Positions 45,503-54,949 of a DNA stretch of 64,000 nt are shown one piece after another. The position numbers and the translations under genes are program-made. Position 1 is the stretch's first letter. Every line of letters starts with the position of its first letter. The notes under the pieces were generated by a model. That model did not search any database. It was not told the origin of the DNA and worked only from the letters and a program-made list of their open reading frames with translations. Source of the stretch: Anaerolineales bacterium (lineage in GTDB: Bacteria; Chloroflexota; Anaerolineae; Anaerolineales; UBA4823); NCBI GenBank assembly GCA_027494035.1, contig JAOSJQ010000001.1, positions 3,040,796-3,104,795 on the forward strand. The letters are read 5' to 3'.

Positions 45503-46222
45503 TCAGTTCCAAATGTTCAACGGAAAATGAACCGTCATCCGGCGCGCCTGGTCGCCAAAACGCTGTGAGATGCGGACGACCGCGATGGTGATGTCGTCCG
45601 CGGGGCGCTGTTCATCCAGTCGCAGCGCCTCCGCTAGCAGCGCGTCCGCAATTTGCTGCGGCGATAGTTGACCGTCTTCCACCAACATACGAAACGCGGC
45701 GGGGATGTCCATCGCCTGACCGCAGCGATCGCCGGCATGAATCAGACCGTCCGTAAATACCACGACAATCAACTCGGGTTGAAGCTCTATTTCCGTGATC
45801 AACGGGCGGGTACCGCGGTATAAACCTACCGGTTTGCTGGGCTCGTCTAAAACGCGGATCTCTCCATCCAAAAAGACCAGCACCGGACAGGGATTGTTGC
45901 GGGTGATCACCAGCGTGCGGGTTTGCTGGTCGATGGAGACAATGTTCAAAGTGGAGGATACCTTGCCCGACCGCTCGGTATACAGGGTGTCGGAGGCGGC
46001 GCGGGCTGCCGCGCCGTCGCGCACGCCTTCCGCCAGGAGTGAGATCACTTTGCGCACCACCATCGCGGAGACGTTCTTTGCGCCGCGACCGGAGCTTTGC
46101 CCATCCGCCATCACCAGCGATAACCCGCCATGCGGTCGTTCGATCACCTCGACCGTGTCGCCGCTCGATGATACCGCGTATTTTCCAACTTTGGCGACTG
46201 CAACCGATGCTTCCATGCGCAT
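45503..46222 (-). CDS. SpoIIE/PP2C-like serine phosphatase domain protein
   Basis: 239 aa. SGDTVEV...LVMADGQSSG...VVVFTDGLIHAG, a pattern typical of the SpoIIE/PPM fold. Confidence 0.65.
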   Translation of the reverse strand: MRMEASVAVAKVGKYAVSSSGDTVEVIERPHGGLSLVMADGQSSGRGAKNVSAMVVRKVISLLAEGVRDGAAARAASDTLYTERSGKVSSTLNIVSIDQQTRTLVITRNNPCPVLVFLDGEIRVLDEPSKPVGLYRGTRPLITEIELQPELIVVVFTDGLIHAGDRCGQAMDIPAAFRMLVEDGQLSPQQIADALLAEALRLDEQRPADDITIAVVRISQRFGDQARRMTVHFPLNIWN

Positions 46223-46248
46223 ATTTTACTTCAGTTTGCCAAGACGAT

Positions 46249-46929
46249 TCAAGCTGGCGCGCTTTTTTGCGCGGTGATCAGCAGCATTTTACTTGAGTTT
46301 GATTCGACAACTTCGTACGAAACCTTAAAACCCAGGTCAGCGAGCCGTTCAGAATACGCTTGCAACGGACCGGCGAGCAATTCTTGCATTGGCGGGGATT
46401 CATGCGTGACGCGAAACAAACCCGCCGCGAGACGCTGCGGAATCGTCTTACCGGTTATCCACGCAACGGGGCAGATCACCGCCTTCCCGCCGGGGAGCAG
46501 GACCCGTTGGATTTCCCGAATCGTCTCGAGATCGAAGATGTATTCTGCGGGAAATGTGGATACGACGCAGCCAAAGGAATTCGCCGGAAACGGCAGGTTT
46601 TGGGCAACGCCGCGCAGGATGCGCGGTTCTAAGCCACCTCTGACCAGTTTCTGGCGGGTGAGCCGCGCCATCTGCCGGCTTTCATCGATCCCATAGACAG
46701 CGAAGCCTTTTTGGGTCAGATCGAATTGAAGCTGCCCCGTGCCAAATCCTACCTCTAAAACCGGCTGGACGTCGAGCCGGCTATATGCCGCCGATATCCA
46801 TTCCGACCATTGACCTAGCGAGACAGTGTAAGCGACCAGATCATACGCCCACGCGAACTGGTGATAAAGCAGTTGAAAGAAGAACCGCAACGATTTCGAT
46901 AAAAGCTCGGGCGCAAGCTGTCCGCGCAT
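46249..46929 (-). CDS. class I SAM-dependent methyltransferase
   Basis: Track ORF 46249..47007 trimmed to ATG 46929 (MRGQLAPE), 12 nt after the rlmN stop. Motif I: VLEVGFGTGQL. Confidence 0.75.
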   Translation of the reverse strand: MRGQLAPELLSKSLRFFFQLLYHQFAWAYDLVAYTVSLGQWSEWISAAYSRLDVQPVLEVGFGTGQLQFDLTQKGFAVYGIDESRQMARLTRQKLVRGGLEPRILRGVAQNLPFPANSFGCVVSTFPAEYIFDLETIREIQRVLLPGGKAVICPVAWITGKTIPQRLAAGLFRVTHESPPMQELLAGPLQAYSERLADLGFKVSYEVVESNSSKMLLITAQKSAPA

Positions 46930-46940
46930 TGATGGTGAGA

Positions 46941-47996
46941 TCAACCTGTGGCAAGCTGTCCGCAGCCAGCCTGGATGTCGATCCCGCGGCGGACGCGCAC
47001 GGTACATGGCACTCGCTGTTCTTCAAGCGCCGCTTTGAATTGATAGGCTTTTTGTCTCGAAGAGGCTTTGCCAGCGTATTTTTGAGTGGGGTTCAGGGGG
47101 ATCACATTCACGTGACACAGCGCGGCGTGTTCCTTGAGAAAAGGTTCTAAGAACCAAGCCAGTTTTTTCGCGTGAAAAGGACTGTCGTTCACGCCGTCGA
47201 TCAACGCCCATTCGAACGTGATCCGGCGATGGGTCGCCTCGACGTAGTCCACGCAGGCGGAGCGCAGCGCCTCGAGCGGATATTTGCGGTTTATTGGAAG
47301 CAGCGCGGAGCGTTGGTCGTCATCCACGGAATGCAGCGAGACCGCCAGGTTCACCTGCCGCTTTTCACTCGTGAACCGGCGGATTTGGGGAACCAAACCC
47401 ACGGTTGAGATCGTGAACCGCCGCGCCCCAAAGTTTAGACTCTGCGGGTCGTTGAGCCGGTCGATCGCAGACATGGTCGCCTCGTAATTGTGAAGCGGCT
47501 CGCCCATGCCCATGATCACGATGTTGCTCAATTTTTCAGATGATGAAGCCAGCATGCGGGCGTAATAGATCACTTGCTCGACGATCTCGCCGCTCGTAAG
47601 ATTGCGGCGGAAACCCATCTGCCCGGTGGCGCAGAACACGCAGCCCATGGCGCAGCCAGCCTGACTGGAGATGCAGATTGTGCGGCGCTCACGGTAGCGC
47701 ATCAGCACCGCCTCGATTGAGTTGGGGGGCTCGAGCGCAAACAGCGTTTTGAGCGTCTCCCCGTCGGTCGATTCGAGCGTCTTGGATGGCGCGAGCCTGG
47801 AAAAGCGGAATTCTTCTGCCAGGCGGAGGCGCAGCGGGCGCGGCAGCGTCGAAAAATCCTCAGGGGCGCGGTAAAAATGTTTATAAAGCCCCTGCCAGAT
47901 TTGGGCGGCGCGAAACGAGGGTTCGCCGATGGACGCAACCCATTCCGCAATCTGCGCGAAGTCGAGGTCGAAGATAAAACGCGGTGCGCCGCTCAT
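46941..47996 (-). CDS. rlmN: 23S rRNA/tRNA (adenine-C2)-methyltransferase RlmN (radical SAM)
   Basis: CAMGCVFCATG radical SAM cluster and the GMGEPL motif. Start trimmed to ATG 47996, which forms an ATGA overlap with the upstream stop. Confidence 0.9.
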   Translation of the reverse strand: MSGAPRFIFDLDFAQIAEWVASIGEPSFRAAQIWQGLYKHFYRAPEDFSTLPRPLRLRLAEEFRFSRLAPSKTLESTDGETLKTLFALEPPNSIEAVLMRYRERRTICISSQAGCAMGCVFCATGQMGFRRNLTSGEIVEQVIYYARMLASSSEKLSNIVIMGMGEPLHNYEATMSAIDRLNDPQSLNFGARRFTISTVGLVPQIRRFTSEKRQVNLAVSLHSVDDDQRSALLPINRKYPLEALRSACVDYVEATHRRITFEWALIDGVNDSPFHAKKLAWFLEPFLKEHAALCHVNVIPLNPTQKYAGKASSRQKAYQFKAALEEQRVPCTVRVRRGIDIQAGCGQLATG

Positions 47997-48793
47997 CCGA
48001 ATTTGACCCGGAGTTCCTCGATTAGCGCGGTCAAGTCGCGGGCGATATAATCCACCGGCGGCTGCCAACTGCGGGCGCTTTGCTCGTCGGACACCCCGGA
48101 CAGCACCAGCGCGGTCTGAGCGCCGATCGCTTGCGCGCCCAGAATGTCGGTGTCGAGCCGGTCGCCCACGATGAGCGTCGTTTCGGGGGTCGTCTGCAAA
48201 CGTTCCAGGGCGACCCGATACATTTCCGGCGAGGGTTTGCCAATGATGATGGGCTCCACATCGGACGCGGCGCGCAGAAAAGCGATCACCGCGCCAGCCC
48301 CGGGCATCAAGCCATCCGGGGTGGGGTAGGTGCGGTCGGGGTTGGTGCCCACGAACAGCGCGCCGGAGCGGATAGCGCGGGCGGCGGCGCCGAGCTGACC
48401 GTAGCTCAATTGACGATCCATCCCCACCACCACCGCAAGTACATCCGCGTCAGCTTTTAAGAACCCCGCCTCAGCCAGCGTGTGCGCGAGCCCGTTCTCT
48501 CCGACGATGAAAACCGCCCCGCCGGTTGGAAATTTCTGCTTCAGGAAATGCGCGGTGGCGTCGCCGGAGTTGACAACTTGCCAGCGTTCTAATTCTACGC
48601 TGAGTTTGCGCAGCTTTTCCAGGTAATCGTCCCGCGAAAGCGTGGCGTTGTTCGTCGCCAATAGCACACGCAGCCCCAGCGCGCGGATTGTGTCAAAAAT
48701 CGCCGGCAAGTTGCCGAGCGGCTGCGAGCCGCGCCACAGCACGCCATCCATATCGAGGATCAATGCCTGGGGTTTTTGTCTGTTCTTTTTCAT
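47993..48793 (-). CDS. HAD-IIA family hydrolase (NagD-like sugar phosphatase)
   Basis: 266 aa. LILDMDGVLWRG (DxDG), ATNNAT and GDRLDTDI. Confidence 0.82.
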   Translation of the reverse strand: MKKNRQKPQALILDMDGVLWRGSQPLGNLPAIFDTIRALGLRVLLATNNATLSRDDYLEKLRKLSVELERWQVVNSGDATAHFLKQKFPTGGAVFIVGENGLAHTLAEAGFLKADADVLAVVVGMDRQLSYGQLGAAARAIRSGALFVGTNPDRTYPTPDGLMPGAGAVIAFLRAASDVEPIIIGKPSPEMYRVALERLQTTPETTLIVGDRLDTDILGAQAIGAQTALVLSGVSDEQSARSWQPPVDYIARDLTALIEELRVKFG

Positions 48794-48804
48794 GATGCTC
48801 CGAT

Positions 48805-48846
48805 TTATAAAAGACGAGCCGTGCCTGACTCTATCACGACTCGTCC
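48805..48846 (-). terminator. intrinsic terminator after clpP
   Basis: 11-bp stem (one mismatch) gacgagccgtg (48813-23) / cacgactcgtc (48835-45). On the minus strand it is followed by TTTTATAAAT. Confidence 0.65.
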
Positions 48847-48867
48847 TTATTCATAAGCCGATCGCTA

Positions 48868-49500
48868 TCAGTCTTCTGCCGGCTTGGGTTCCTTCGCCAG
48901 CTTCGTGTCCGGGATATTCATCACCTGATCGACCAGCCCGTATTCGACCGCGCCCTTCGCGTCTAGATAAAAATCGCGGTTGGTGTCGCGGTCGATCGCC
49001 TCTTTGGTCTGTCCGGTGTGGAAGGCTAAGATGTCATTGAGGTGCTCTTTCAAGCGCAAAATTTCACGCGCCTGAATCTCGATGTCCGAAGCCTGCCCTT
49101 GGGCGCCGCCCAGCGGCTGGTGCATGTGGATGGTCGCATTCGGCAGCGCATAGCGTTCGCCTTTGCTGCCGGCGGTCAGCAGCACGGTCCCAAAGGAGGC
49201 GGTCATGCCCACGGCAAGCGTGCGGATCGGATTGGGGATCATCTGCATGGTGTCGTAAATCGCCATGCCGGCGTACACCTGACCGCCCGGGCTGTTGATG
49301 TACATCTGAATTGGCGCTTCGGGATCTTCGCTGCTCAGAAAAAGCAGTTGAGCCACGATCACATTGGCTACCTGGTCGTTGATTGGGGTGCCCAGAAACA
49401 CAATCCGGTTTCTGAGGAGCAACGAATAAATATCATAAGCCCTTTCCCCGCGGGCAGTGGTCTCAATCACCATCGGGATCAAGGATTGGGGGTTAAGCAT
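48868..49500 (-). CDS. clpP: ATP-dependent Clp protease proteolytic subunit
   Basis: Track ORF trimmed to ATG 49500 ([26 protein letters not shown]). Catalytic region GMTASFG (active-site Ser). Confidence 0.93.
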   Translation of the reverse strand: MLNPQSLIPMVIETTARGERAYDIYSLLLRNRIVFLGTPINDQVANVIVAQLLFLSSEDPEAPIQMYINSPGGQVYAGMAIYDTMQMIPNPIRTLAVGMTASFGTVLLTAGSKGERYALPNATIHMHQPLGGAQGQASDIEIQAREILRLKEHLNDILAFHTGQTKEAIDRDTNRDFYLDAKGAVEYGLVDQVMNIPDTKLAKEPKPAED

Positions 49501-50965
49501 GTTGTTCTCCTGAAACTTCATTAGCTTGTTCTTCAACTTCTTCTTGAATTTGTTCTACTACTGGTTCCTCGGCTGCAGATTGTTCTGCTTCGAGGGTCGC
49601 TTGTTCGGGGGTTTCCGGAACACTTTCCCCTGCTTCTGCCTCGTATTGTCCGTTGGCAATCTTGCGCAGCCTCTCGATCGTCTTATTCGTGAGCAGGTCT
49701 AGCAGCACATTGTTGGCTAAATTCGATTGGACATTTCTGTTCTTAAGCTGGCGCGCCTCATTTTTGGGCAGCACCTGGCTCAAATAATTCAACGTGCTGC
49801 CGGTTTCTTGGATCAGCTCCTCGCTTTCGACCTGAATATCCTCGGCTTTGGTGAGCTCGAACAGCAACAGTCCGCGCTTCAAGCGCTGCTCGGCAACGGG
49901 TTTCAATTCTTCTTTGAAGGCGTCCTCATCCATTTCGCGCGATTTGAGATAAATCTCCAAGTCCAGGTTCTGGCGTTCCAGCCGCCGGACGAGGTCGCGT
50001 TTCATCTGTTCGATCTCTTCATCGAGCATCTGCGGCGGATATTTGAATTCGGCTTGTGCAATCGCCTCGTCGATGACTTCTTCATCGTAGTCCTGGTTGT
50101 ACGTCTCTTTGGCTTGCCCCTCGAGCATGCTGCGGACATTCGCCCGCAGCGCATCCAGGTTGTCGAATTCTCCGACCGAGGAGGCAAACTCGTCGTTCAG
50201 CTCAGGCAGGGTGCGCGATTTGACGTTCTCGATTTTATAGTGAACAATTGCCTTCACGCCGCTCAAGTATTCTTCCGAAAAATCATCCGGATATTGGTGC
50301 TCGACCGTCCCCTCATCCCCGGCGGATTTTCCAATCAGGCTGTGCGAAAAGCCCGCAAAGGGCCAATCGTCTTCGTCGACTTTGTGCACGACGAGCGGTA
50401 CCGGCTGCTCCTTAAACAGGCTTTCGCTCCCTTCGTCAAGTACCTTCTCGATCGAAATTGAGACGGTTACCATATCATCGAGCTGCGCCGGGCGGTCAAC
50501 CGGTTCTACGATTACCTGTCGCTCGCGCAGTGCATCGAGCATCTCGTCCACGCGGCTCTCCGGCACCGGCTCCGGTTTATATTCCCTGCGGATCGCTTTA
50601 TAGTCACCCAACGTTACTTCGGCATCCAACGGCACGACAATTTCCAGGGTGAGCGGTTCGAGCTTGGGCAGGTTCTCCAGATGTCCCGGACCGTAGGGCT
50701 TGATGTCCGCTTCCTTGATCATCTCCGGATAAACCTCATCGAGCAGCATTTCCAGGGCTTCTTCGAAAATTGCCGGATCGCCCACGGTGCGCACGATGAC
50801 CGGGTAGGGCGCCTTGCCCGGTCTGAAGCCGGGGATTTTGACGCGCCGGGCGAGTTTCGCGGCGGCGCGATGCCTCATCTGGTCCACGCGATCATCTTCG
50901 ATCTCGACCGTTAATCTAACTTGATGGTCTTCTAACATTTGTTTTTCGATTTTCAAGATGCTCAC
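49493..50965 (-). CDS. tig: trigger factor
   Basis: 490 aa. N-terminal ribosome-binding region ([10 protein letters not shown]), an FKBP-like middle and an acidic C-terminal tail. Sits upstream of clpP, the classic arrangement. Confidence 0.9.
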   Translation of the reverse strand: MSILKIEKQMLEDHQVRLTVEIEDDRVDQMRHRAAAKLARRVKIPGFRPGKAPYPVIVRTVGDPAIFEEALEMLLDEVYPEMIKEADIKPYGPGHLENLPKLEPLTLEIVVPLDAEVTLGDYKAIRREYKPEPVPESRVDEMLDALRERQVIVEPVDRPAQLDDMVTVSISIEKVLDEGSESLFKEQPVPLVVHKVDEDDWPFAGFSHSLIGKSAGDEGTVEHQYPDDFSEEYLSGVKAIVHYKIENVKSRTLPELNDEFASSVGEFDNLDALRANVRSMLEGQAKETYNQDYDEEVIDEAIAQAEFKYPPQMLDEEIEQMKRDLVRRLERQNLDLEIYLKSREMDEDAFKEELKPVAEQRLKRGLLLFELTKAEDIQVESEELIQETGSTLNYLSQVLPKNEARQLKNRNVQSNLANNVLLDLLTNKTIERLRKIANGQYEAEAGESVPETPEQATLEAEQSAAEEPVVEQIQEEVEEQANEVSGEQHA

Positions 50966-51060
50966 CCTTCGAAACAGAGATGCAAAAATAATCCGCTGGA
51001 CGAATCCGCCGCATTATATCATGTGGATTAAAATTAATTGTTAGATCGGTATATGAAAAG

Positions 51061-51142
51061 TGGGGAAGAGGGGACTTGAACCCCTACGCCTTGCGGCACT
51101 TGATCCTAAGTCAAGCCTGTCTGCCAATTCCAGCACTTCCCC
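51061..51142 (-). tRNA. tRNA-Leu (anticodon UAG), type II with a 13-nt variable arm; no encoded CCA
   Basis: Hand-folded cloverleaf: acceptor GGGGAAG/CTTCCCC, D-stem CTG/CAG, anticodon stem CTTGA/TCAAG with loop CT-TAG-GA, variable arm TGCCGCAAGGCGT, T-arm AGGGG-TTCAAGT-CCCCT and discriminator A. Total 82 nt. Confidence 0.9.
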
Positions 51143-51213
51143 GGAGGACTGAGAAAAATTATAAGCGCGAGCCGCAGCCCCGTCAATGATCGGCTATAAT
51201 CGGCGCATCTATT

Positions 51214-51654
51214 TTGCAGGAGCACATTTTGAGCAGAATGATAAAACTGGACGGTTCGGGCAAAGAGCGCACGCTGTTGACCCGCAGCGTTCTCAGGGCG
51301 ATCCAGGAACTGATGCGGCAAACCGAGGTCGATGATAAGACCCGCGACCTGGCTTCGTTTATCGTCCTTGCGCTGGAAGCCATCCACCAGACGATCGACC
51401 AATCGGTGCAAGCCTGGGAAAACCGCGGCTATTGGTTGAAAGCCGACCGCTTTCGCCTGGAATGGGAGTGGGCGGGTCTGCTTGCGGATAAAATGCGCCA
51501 GGCGATTTTCACCGATGATTGGGATACGGTTGCGGTGACCGCCGTCAAAGTTAGCAGCCGGCTCGAAAACGTCCAGCTTCCAAAGCGCCAGCCCCAAACA
51601 GAACCGTGGAAAGGCGCCTGGGAACAGCTTAGTTCAGTCACCCGCCCAAAATGA
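51214..51654 (+). CDS. hypothetical protein
   Basis: 146 aa from TTG. The more likely start is ATG 51238 (MIKLDG), with AGGAG about 15 nt upstream. I recognise no motif. The 3' end overlaps the convergent radical SAM gene by 21 nt. Confidence 0.5.
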   Translation: MQEHILSRMIKLDGSGKERTLLTRSVLRAIQELMRQTEVDDKTRDLASFIVLALEAIHQTIDQSVQAWENRGYWLKADRFRLEWEWAGLLADKMRQAIFTDDWDTVAVTAVKVSSRLENVQLPKRQPQTEPWKGAWEQLSSVTRPK

Positions 51655-52815
51655 AAGCTGGCGGAGCGGTTTTCTGCCCGCGAGTGTGATAAACGGCTGG
51701 AGCCGTTGGAGGTTCAACCCGATCCGCTGCAATTCTGCAAAATTGGTCAGCCGCCCGTTTCGCCGCGCGGACAGAATTGCTGCGGCGCCCTTCGGACCGA
51801 TGCCCGGCACGCGCAGCAGTTCAAGCCGGTCGGCGCGGTTGATTTCGACCGGCTGCTCGCTCAGGTTCTGCCGCGCCCACGCCAGTTTTGGATCGACTTT
51901 GAGCGGGAGGTCGCCGCTTGGATCAAAGGGCAGGTCCTCTAACCCGAAACCGTAATCACGTAAAAGGAATGAAGCCTGGTAGAGCCGCCGCTGGCGCACC
52001 GGGTCGGCGGGGGGCTGGTTCTCGAGCGGCGTGCCGTTGACGGGTCGGAAAGCCGAGAAATAAGCCCGGTTGAGCTGCGCCTGCTGGTTGAGCGTGTTGG
52101 TCGTCTGCAGGATCTCCAGATCGCTTTCGCCCACCGCGCCGACCACAAATTGGGTGGTCATAGACGGGGGACGGCTGTTCGGGGCGCGCTGGGCAGAATG
52201 GTTGCTGCGGATCTGGCTGACCCAATGCAGCGGCGCCATCAACTCTTCGAAGAAGGATTTGTGCGGCGCAAGCCGCTCAAGCCGGAGCGGGTTGGGGGCT
52301 TCTAAGTTAATCGAGACCCGGCTGGCGAGCTGCGCTGTGCGCAGCACCTGGTCGTATTCAGCGCCCGGCATGATTTTCAGGTGCAGATAACCGGTAAAAT
52401 GGTATTTCAGCCGTAAGAGCTCAGCGGTGGCGATGATCTGATCTTGCATCCGCCGTCCGCCGCCGGCGATCCCCGAACTCAGGAACAGCCCTTCGACCAG
52501 CCCGGCGCGCTGCAGGGTCATAAAGACCCGCGCCATTTCATCCGGTTTGAGCGTGGCGCGGTGAAAATCCCTGCCCGCGCGGAACGGGCAGTAGTAACAA
52601 TCGCGTTCACAGGCGGAGGTCAGCATGGTTTTGAGCAGCGGAACTCGCTTGCCGTTTGCCCCAGCCGCATAAAAGATGTTGATCGCGTCGGCAGCCCGGG
52701 CGCGGAAGGACGCCGTGGGACAGTCTTGCGCGCTGTCTGGCTCGAAATACATTTGAGATGATAGCTGGTTCAAGCGGGCGTAAAGGTCCATGAGGCGCCT
52801 CGATGCAGAACGCAT
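51634..52815 (-). CDS. putative DNA modification/repair radical SAM protein with a C-terminal helix-hairpin-helix
   Basis: 393 aa. CERDCYYCPF (CxxxCxxC) and the C-terminal LLRVPGIGPKGAAAILSARRNG (HhH). The architecture matches the family I know as TIGR03916. Confidence 0.75.
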   Translation of the reverse strand: MRSASRRLMDLYARLNQLSSQMYFEPDSAQDCPTASFRARAADAINIFYAAGANGKRVPLLKTMLTSACERDCYYCPFRAGRDFHRATLKPDEMARVFMTLQRAGLVEGLFLSSGIAGGGRRMQDQIIATAELLRLKYHFTGYLHLKIMPGAEYDQVLRTAQLASRVSINLEAPNPLRLERLAPHKSFFEELMAPLHWVSQIRSNHSAQRAPNSRPPSMTTQFVVGAVGESDLEILQTTNTLNQQAQLNRAYFSAFRPVNGTPLENQPPADPVRQRRLYQASFLLRDYGFGLEDLPFDPSGDLPLKVDPKLAWARQNLSEQPVEINRADRLELLRVPGIGPKGAAAILSARRNGRLTNFAELQRIGLNLQRLQPFITLAGRKPLRQLSFWAGD

Positions 52816-52891
52816 GTTCTTAGAACAATTGTATCATAATACGGCAATAATGGGGTGAAAAAGTGAGCTTTTTAATTTCCGAGAAAAGCTG

Positions 52892-53023
52892 ATGAAGAAG
52901 AGAGAGACCAGTCAGCGGGGCAGGGGGACGACATTTTATTTCACAGACGAGATAAATGCCTGGCAGGATGGTAAAGACGACTGTAAAAGCCTTGCCGATG
53001 TGCCTAAAACCCTCAAACAGTAA
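52892..53023 (+). CDS. candidate small ORF (43 aa), unknown function
   Basis: Hand translation gives MKKRETSQRGRGTTFYFTDEINAWQDGKDDCKSLADVPKTLKQ*. It lies in an A+T-rich spacer upstream of the recombinase gene and is below the track cutoff. No clear Shine-Dalgarno sequence. Confidence 0.25.
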   Translation: MKKRETSQRGRGTTFYFTDEINAWQDGKDDCKSLADVPKTLKQ

Positions 53024-53149
53024 ACCGCTCCGGCATTTTAGCGGGGGAGGTGTGGCAAAAAGGAATTATAGATTATAGTGACTATGCTTCTGATAAGTAC
53101 TATTATCAGAAACATATGGTATAATCGAATTAACCCTTCAGGAGGCAAC

Positions 53150-54145
53150 ATGGCCACTATAAACGATCTCACAATCGCTCAGGCAATCAACCAGTATCTT
53201 GACGTGATCGGATTGGCGCGCAGCGGACACACTACGCGCTCCTACCGCAACGCGTTGAACGCATTTCTGATTACGCTCGAAAAACGCAGTCTTCCCGCCG
53301 ATCAACGCCCCCTGAAAGACCTTAACGAAGACGCGGTGTCCTGGTTTGCCCAGGATCTCAAAGTCTATGCGCCAGCCACAGAACAGCTTTATCTCACCGC
53401 GCTGGCGGGCTTTTACGAATACCTGGCTGCTGAGCGCCTGGCAGATTTGAACCTGCCGCGCATGCGCCTGCTTATCCGCCACCGGGCGCGCAAACCCGGT
53501 TTGCGCTTGCCGCAGTTTCCCGCAGATACAATTGATAACATCATAGGTCATGCTAATAATCTTGCATTACAGCCTTGCGAGAAATTAACTGACAAACTGA
53601 TCGCTTTGCGCGACCGCGCGTTCATCCTTACCCTGGCGGACACCGGTTTGCGGGTTCACGAGGCGTGCGGTTTGCGGCGCGGCGACCTCGACTGGTTCGA
53701 AAACAAAGCGGTGGTGATCGGCAAAGGCGACCGGCAAGCCGTGGTGCGCTTTTCGCAGCGCAGTTTGGCTGCGCTCAAGGACTACCTCAACGCACGCGCC
53801 GAGATCGACGGCAAGACCGGAAAGCCGCTTGCCTCCCTGCCCCTTTTTGCCCGCCACGACAAAGGCGCGGGCAAAAAGATCAAACCCATCTCCACCCGCA
53901 CCGGGCAGAACATCATCGCGCAACGCGCGATAGAAGCTGTGGGACCAGCCGCGGCGGGCGCAGTCACCCCCCACTCTTTTCGGCACTACTTTGTGACGGC
54001 AGCGCTCAAAGGCAGCGGCGGCAATCTAAAGCTGGCGCAGGAACTGGCGCGCCATCGCAACATCGCTGTGACGCAACGCTATGCGCATTTATCCGATGAC
54101 GAACTGGACAAAGGCTATGCGGAAGTGTTTGAATCTCACAAATGA
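53150..54145 (+). CDS. tyrosine recombinase / site-specific integrase (XerC/XerD family)
   Basis: Track ORF trimmed to ATG 53150 (GGAGG 5 nt upstream). N-terminal SAM-like core-binding domain. C-terminal GLRVHEACGLRRGDL (Arg), HSFRHYF (HxxR) and VTQRYAHL (Tyr). Confidence 0.88.
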   Translation: MATINDLTIAQAINQYLDVIGLARSGHTTRSYRNALNAFLITLEKRSLPADQRPLKDLNEDAVSWFAQDLKVYAPATEQLYLTALAGFYEYLAAERLADLNLPRMRLLIRHRARKPGLRLPQFPADTIDNIIGHANNLALQPCEKLTDKLIALRDRAFILTLADTGLRVHEACGLRRGDLDWFENKAVVIGKGDRQAVVRFSQRSLAALKDYLNARAEIDGKTGKPLASLPLFARHDKGAGKKIKPISTRTGQNIIAQRAIEAVGPAAAGAVTPHSFRHYFVTAALKGSGGNLKLAQELARHRNIAVTQRYAHLSDDELDKGYAEVFESHK

Positions 54146-54185
54146 CCGCCGGTCAAGAGCGGCAGTTTTAACCGGCGGTTTTTCG
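54145..54185 (+). terminator. intrinsic terminator after the recombinase gene
   Basis: 9-bp stem accgccggt (54145-53) / accggcggt (54171-79) followed by TTTTTCGTT. Confidence 0.75.
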
Positions 54186-54310
54186 TTCGCGTCCGGCGCG
54201 TTGCTGCACGATCGTGTTGTAAATTCCCCGGTTGGGTTTACGGGTTCTTAATTCATTTGCGCCCGATCCATAACATCGAGATTGCCAATCATGAATATAA
54301 TCAACGCGTG

Positions 54311-54949
54311 ATGTTGCGCAGCTTTAGCCGGGCAAGCCTGGCGATTGTTCTGACTTTTTCTACGATCAACCTGGGGGTTATCGGTCTGGCGCCTTTTGCC
54401 CGACCCGTCTCAGCGCTGGCTGCGGGCGTTAGCGCGTACGATCTTATTCTGGCGATGAACACGCTGCGCGTCTCGAACGGCTTGCCGGCGCTGGTCGAAG
54501 ATCCGATCATCAACGCCGTCGCCCAAGCCACCGCCGAGACGATGGCAGCCAGCCAGATGTCCTGGCACATTGGCGACGTGCGCGGCCGGCTGCAAGCAGC
54601 CGGCTATGGCGGCGGAGCGACGGTCTGGGCAACCGAAAATTTTGCGGTCGGCAACTATGGCATCGACGAAATCATGGTGATCTGGTCGGATGCGGATCAC
54701 ATGATCCCGGCGGTGAACCCGGCTTACTGCAACGTGGGCGCGGGCGTTGCGAAGTCCGCCAACGGGAAGTTTTACTACATTCTACAAGCGGCTTACACCT
54801 CAGCGCATGCCTGCGGCGAATATAAATCCCCGGCCGGCTCGCCCTCGCAAACCGGAGGCAACCCAGGCGCGCCTGGCGGAGGTGTTTCGCAGTTGATCGT
54901 TCCGGTCAAGATTGCCACCCCCGGACAAGGACGGTCGAGTTTTCCATGA
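54311..54949 (+). CDS. CAP/SCP/PR-1 domain protein with an N-terminal signal anchor; probably the 5' part of a frameshifted CAP-LysM gene
   Basis: Track ORF 54257..54949 trimmed to ATG 54311 (MLRSFSRASLAIVLTF...). CAP-like core: LNTLRVSNGLPAL...HIGD...YCNVGAGV. The reading frame ends 27 nt after a C5 run. Confidence 0.7.
   Translation: MLRSFSRASLAIVLTFSTINLGVIGLAPFARPVSALAAGVSAYDLILAMNTLRVSNGLPALVEDPIINAVAQATAETMAASQMSWHIGDVRGRLQAAGYGGGATVWATENFAVGNYGIDEIMVIWSDADHMIPAVNPAYCNVGAGVAKSANGKFYYILQAAYTSAHACGEYKSPAGSPSQTGGNPGAPGGGVSQLIVPVKIATPGQGRSSFP

Noticed and set aside
50966-51060. A TGaTATAAT extended -10 (minus strand 51018-51013) as the tig-clpP promoter.
   Set aside because: It is plausible but has no recognisable -35 element. 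tRNA-Leu read-through could also drive tig, so the support is too weak to list it as a feature.
51061-54185. tRNA-Leu plus a nearby tyrosine recombinase as a tRNA-targeted genomic island.
   Set aside because: The recombinase lies on the 5' side of the tRNA (the tRNA 3' end faces tig/clpP). Two unrelated genes separate them, and I saw no repeat of the tRNA 3' half.
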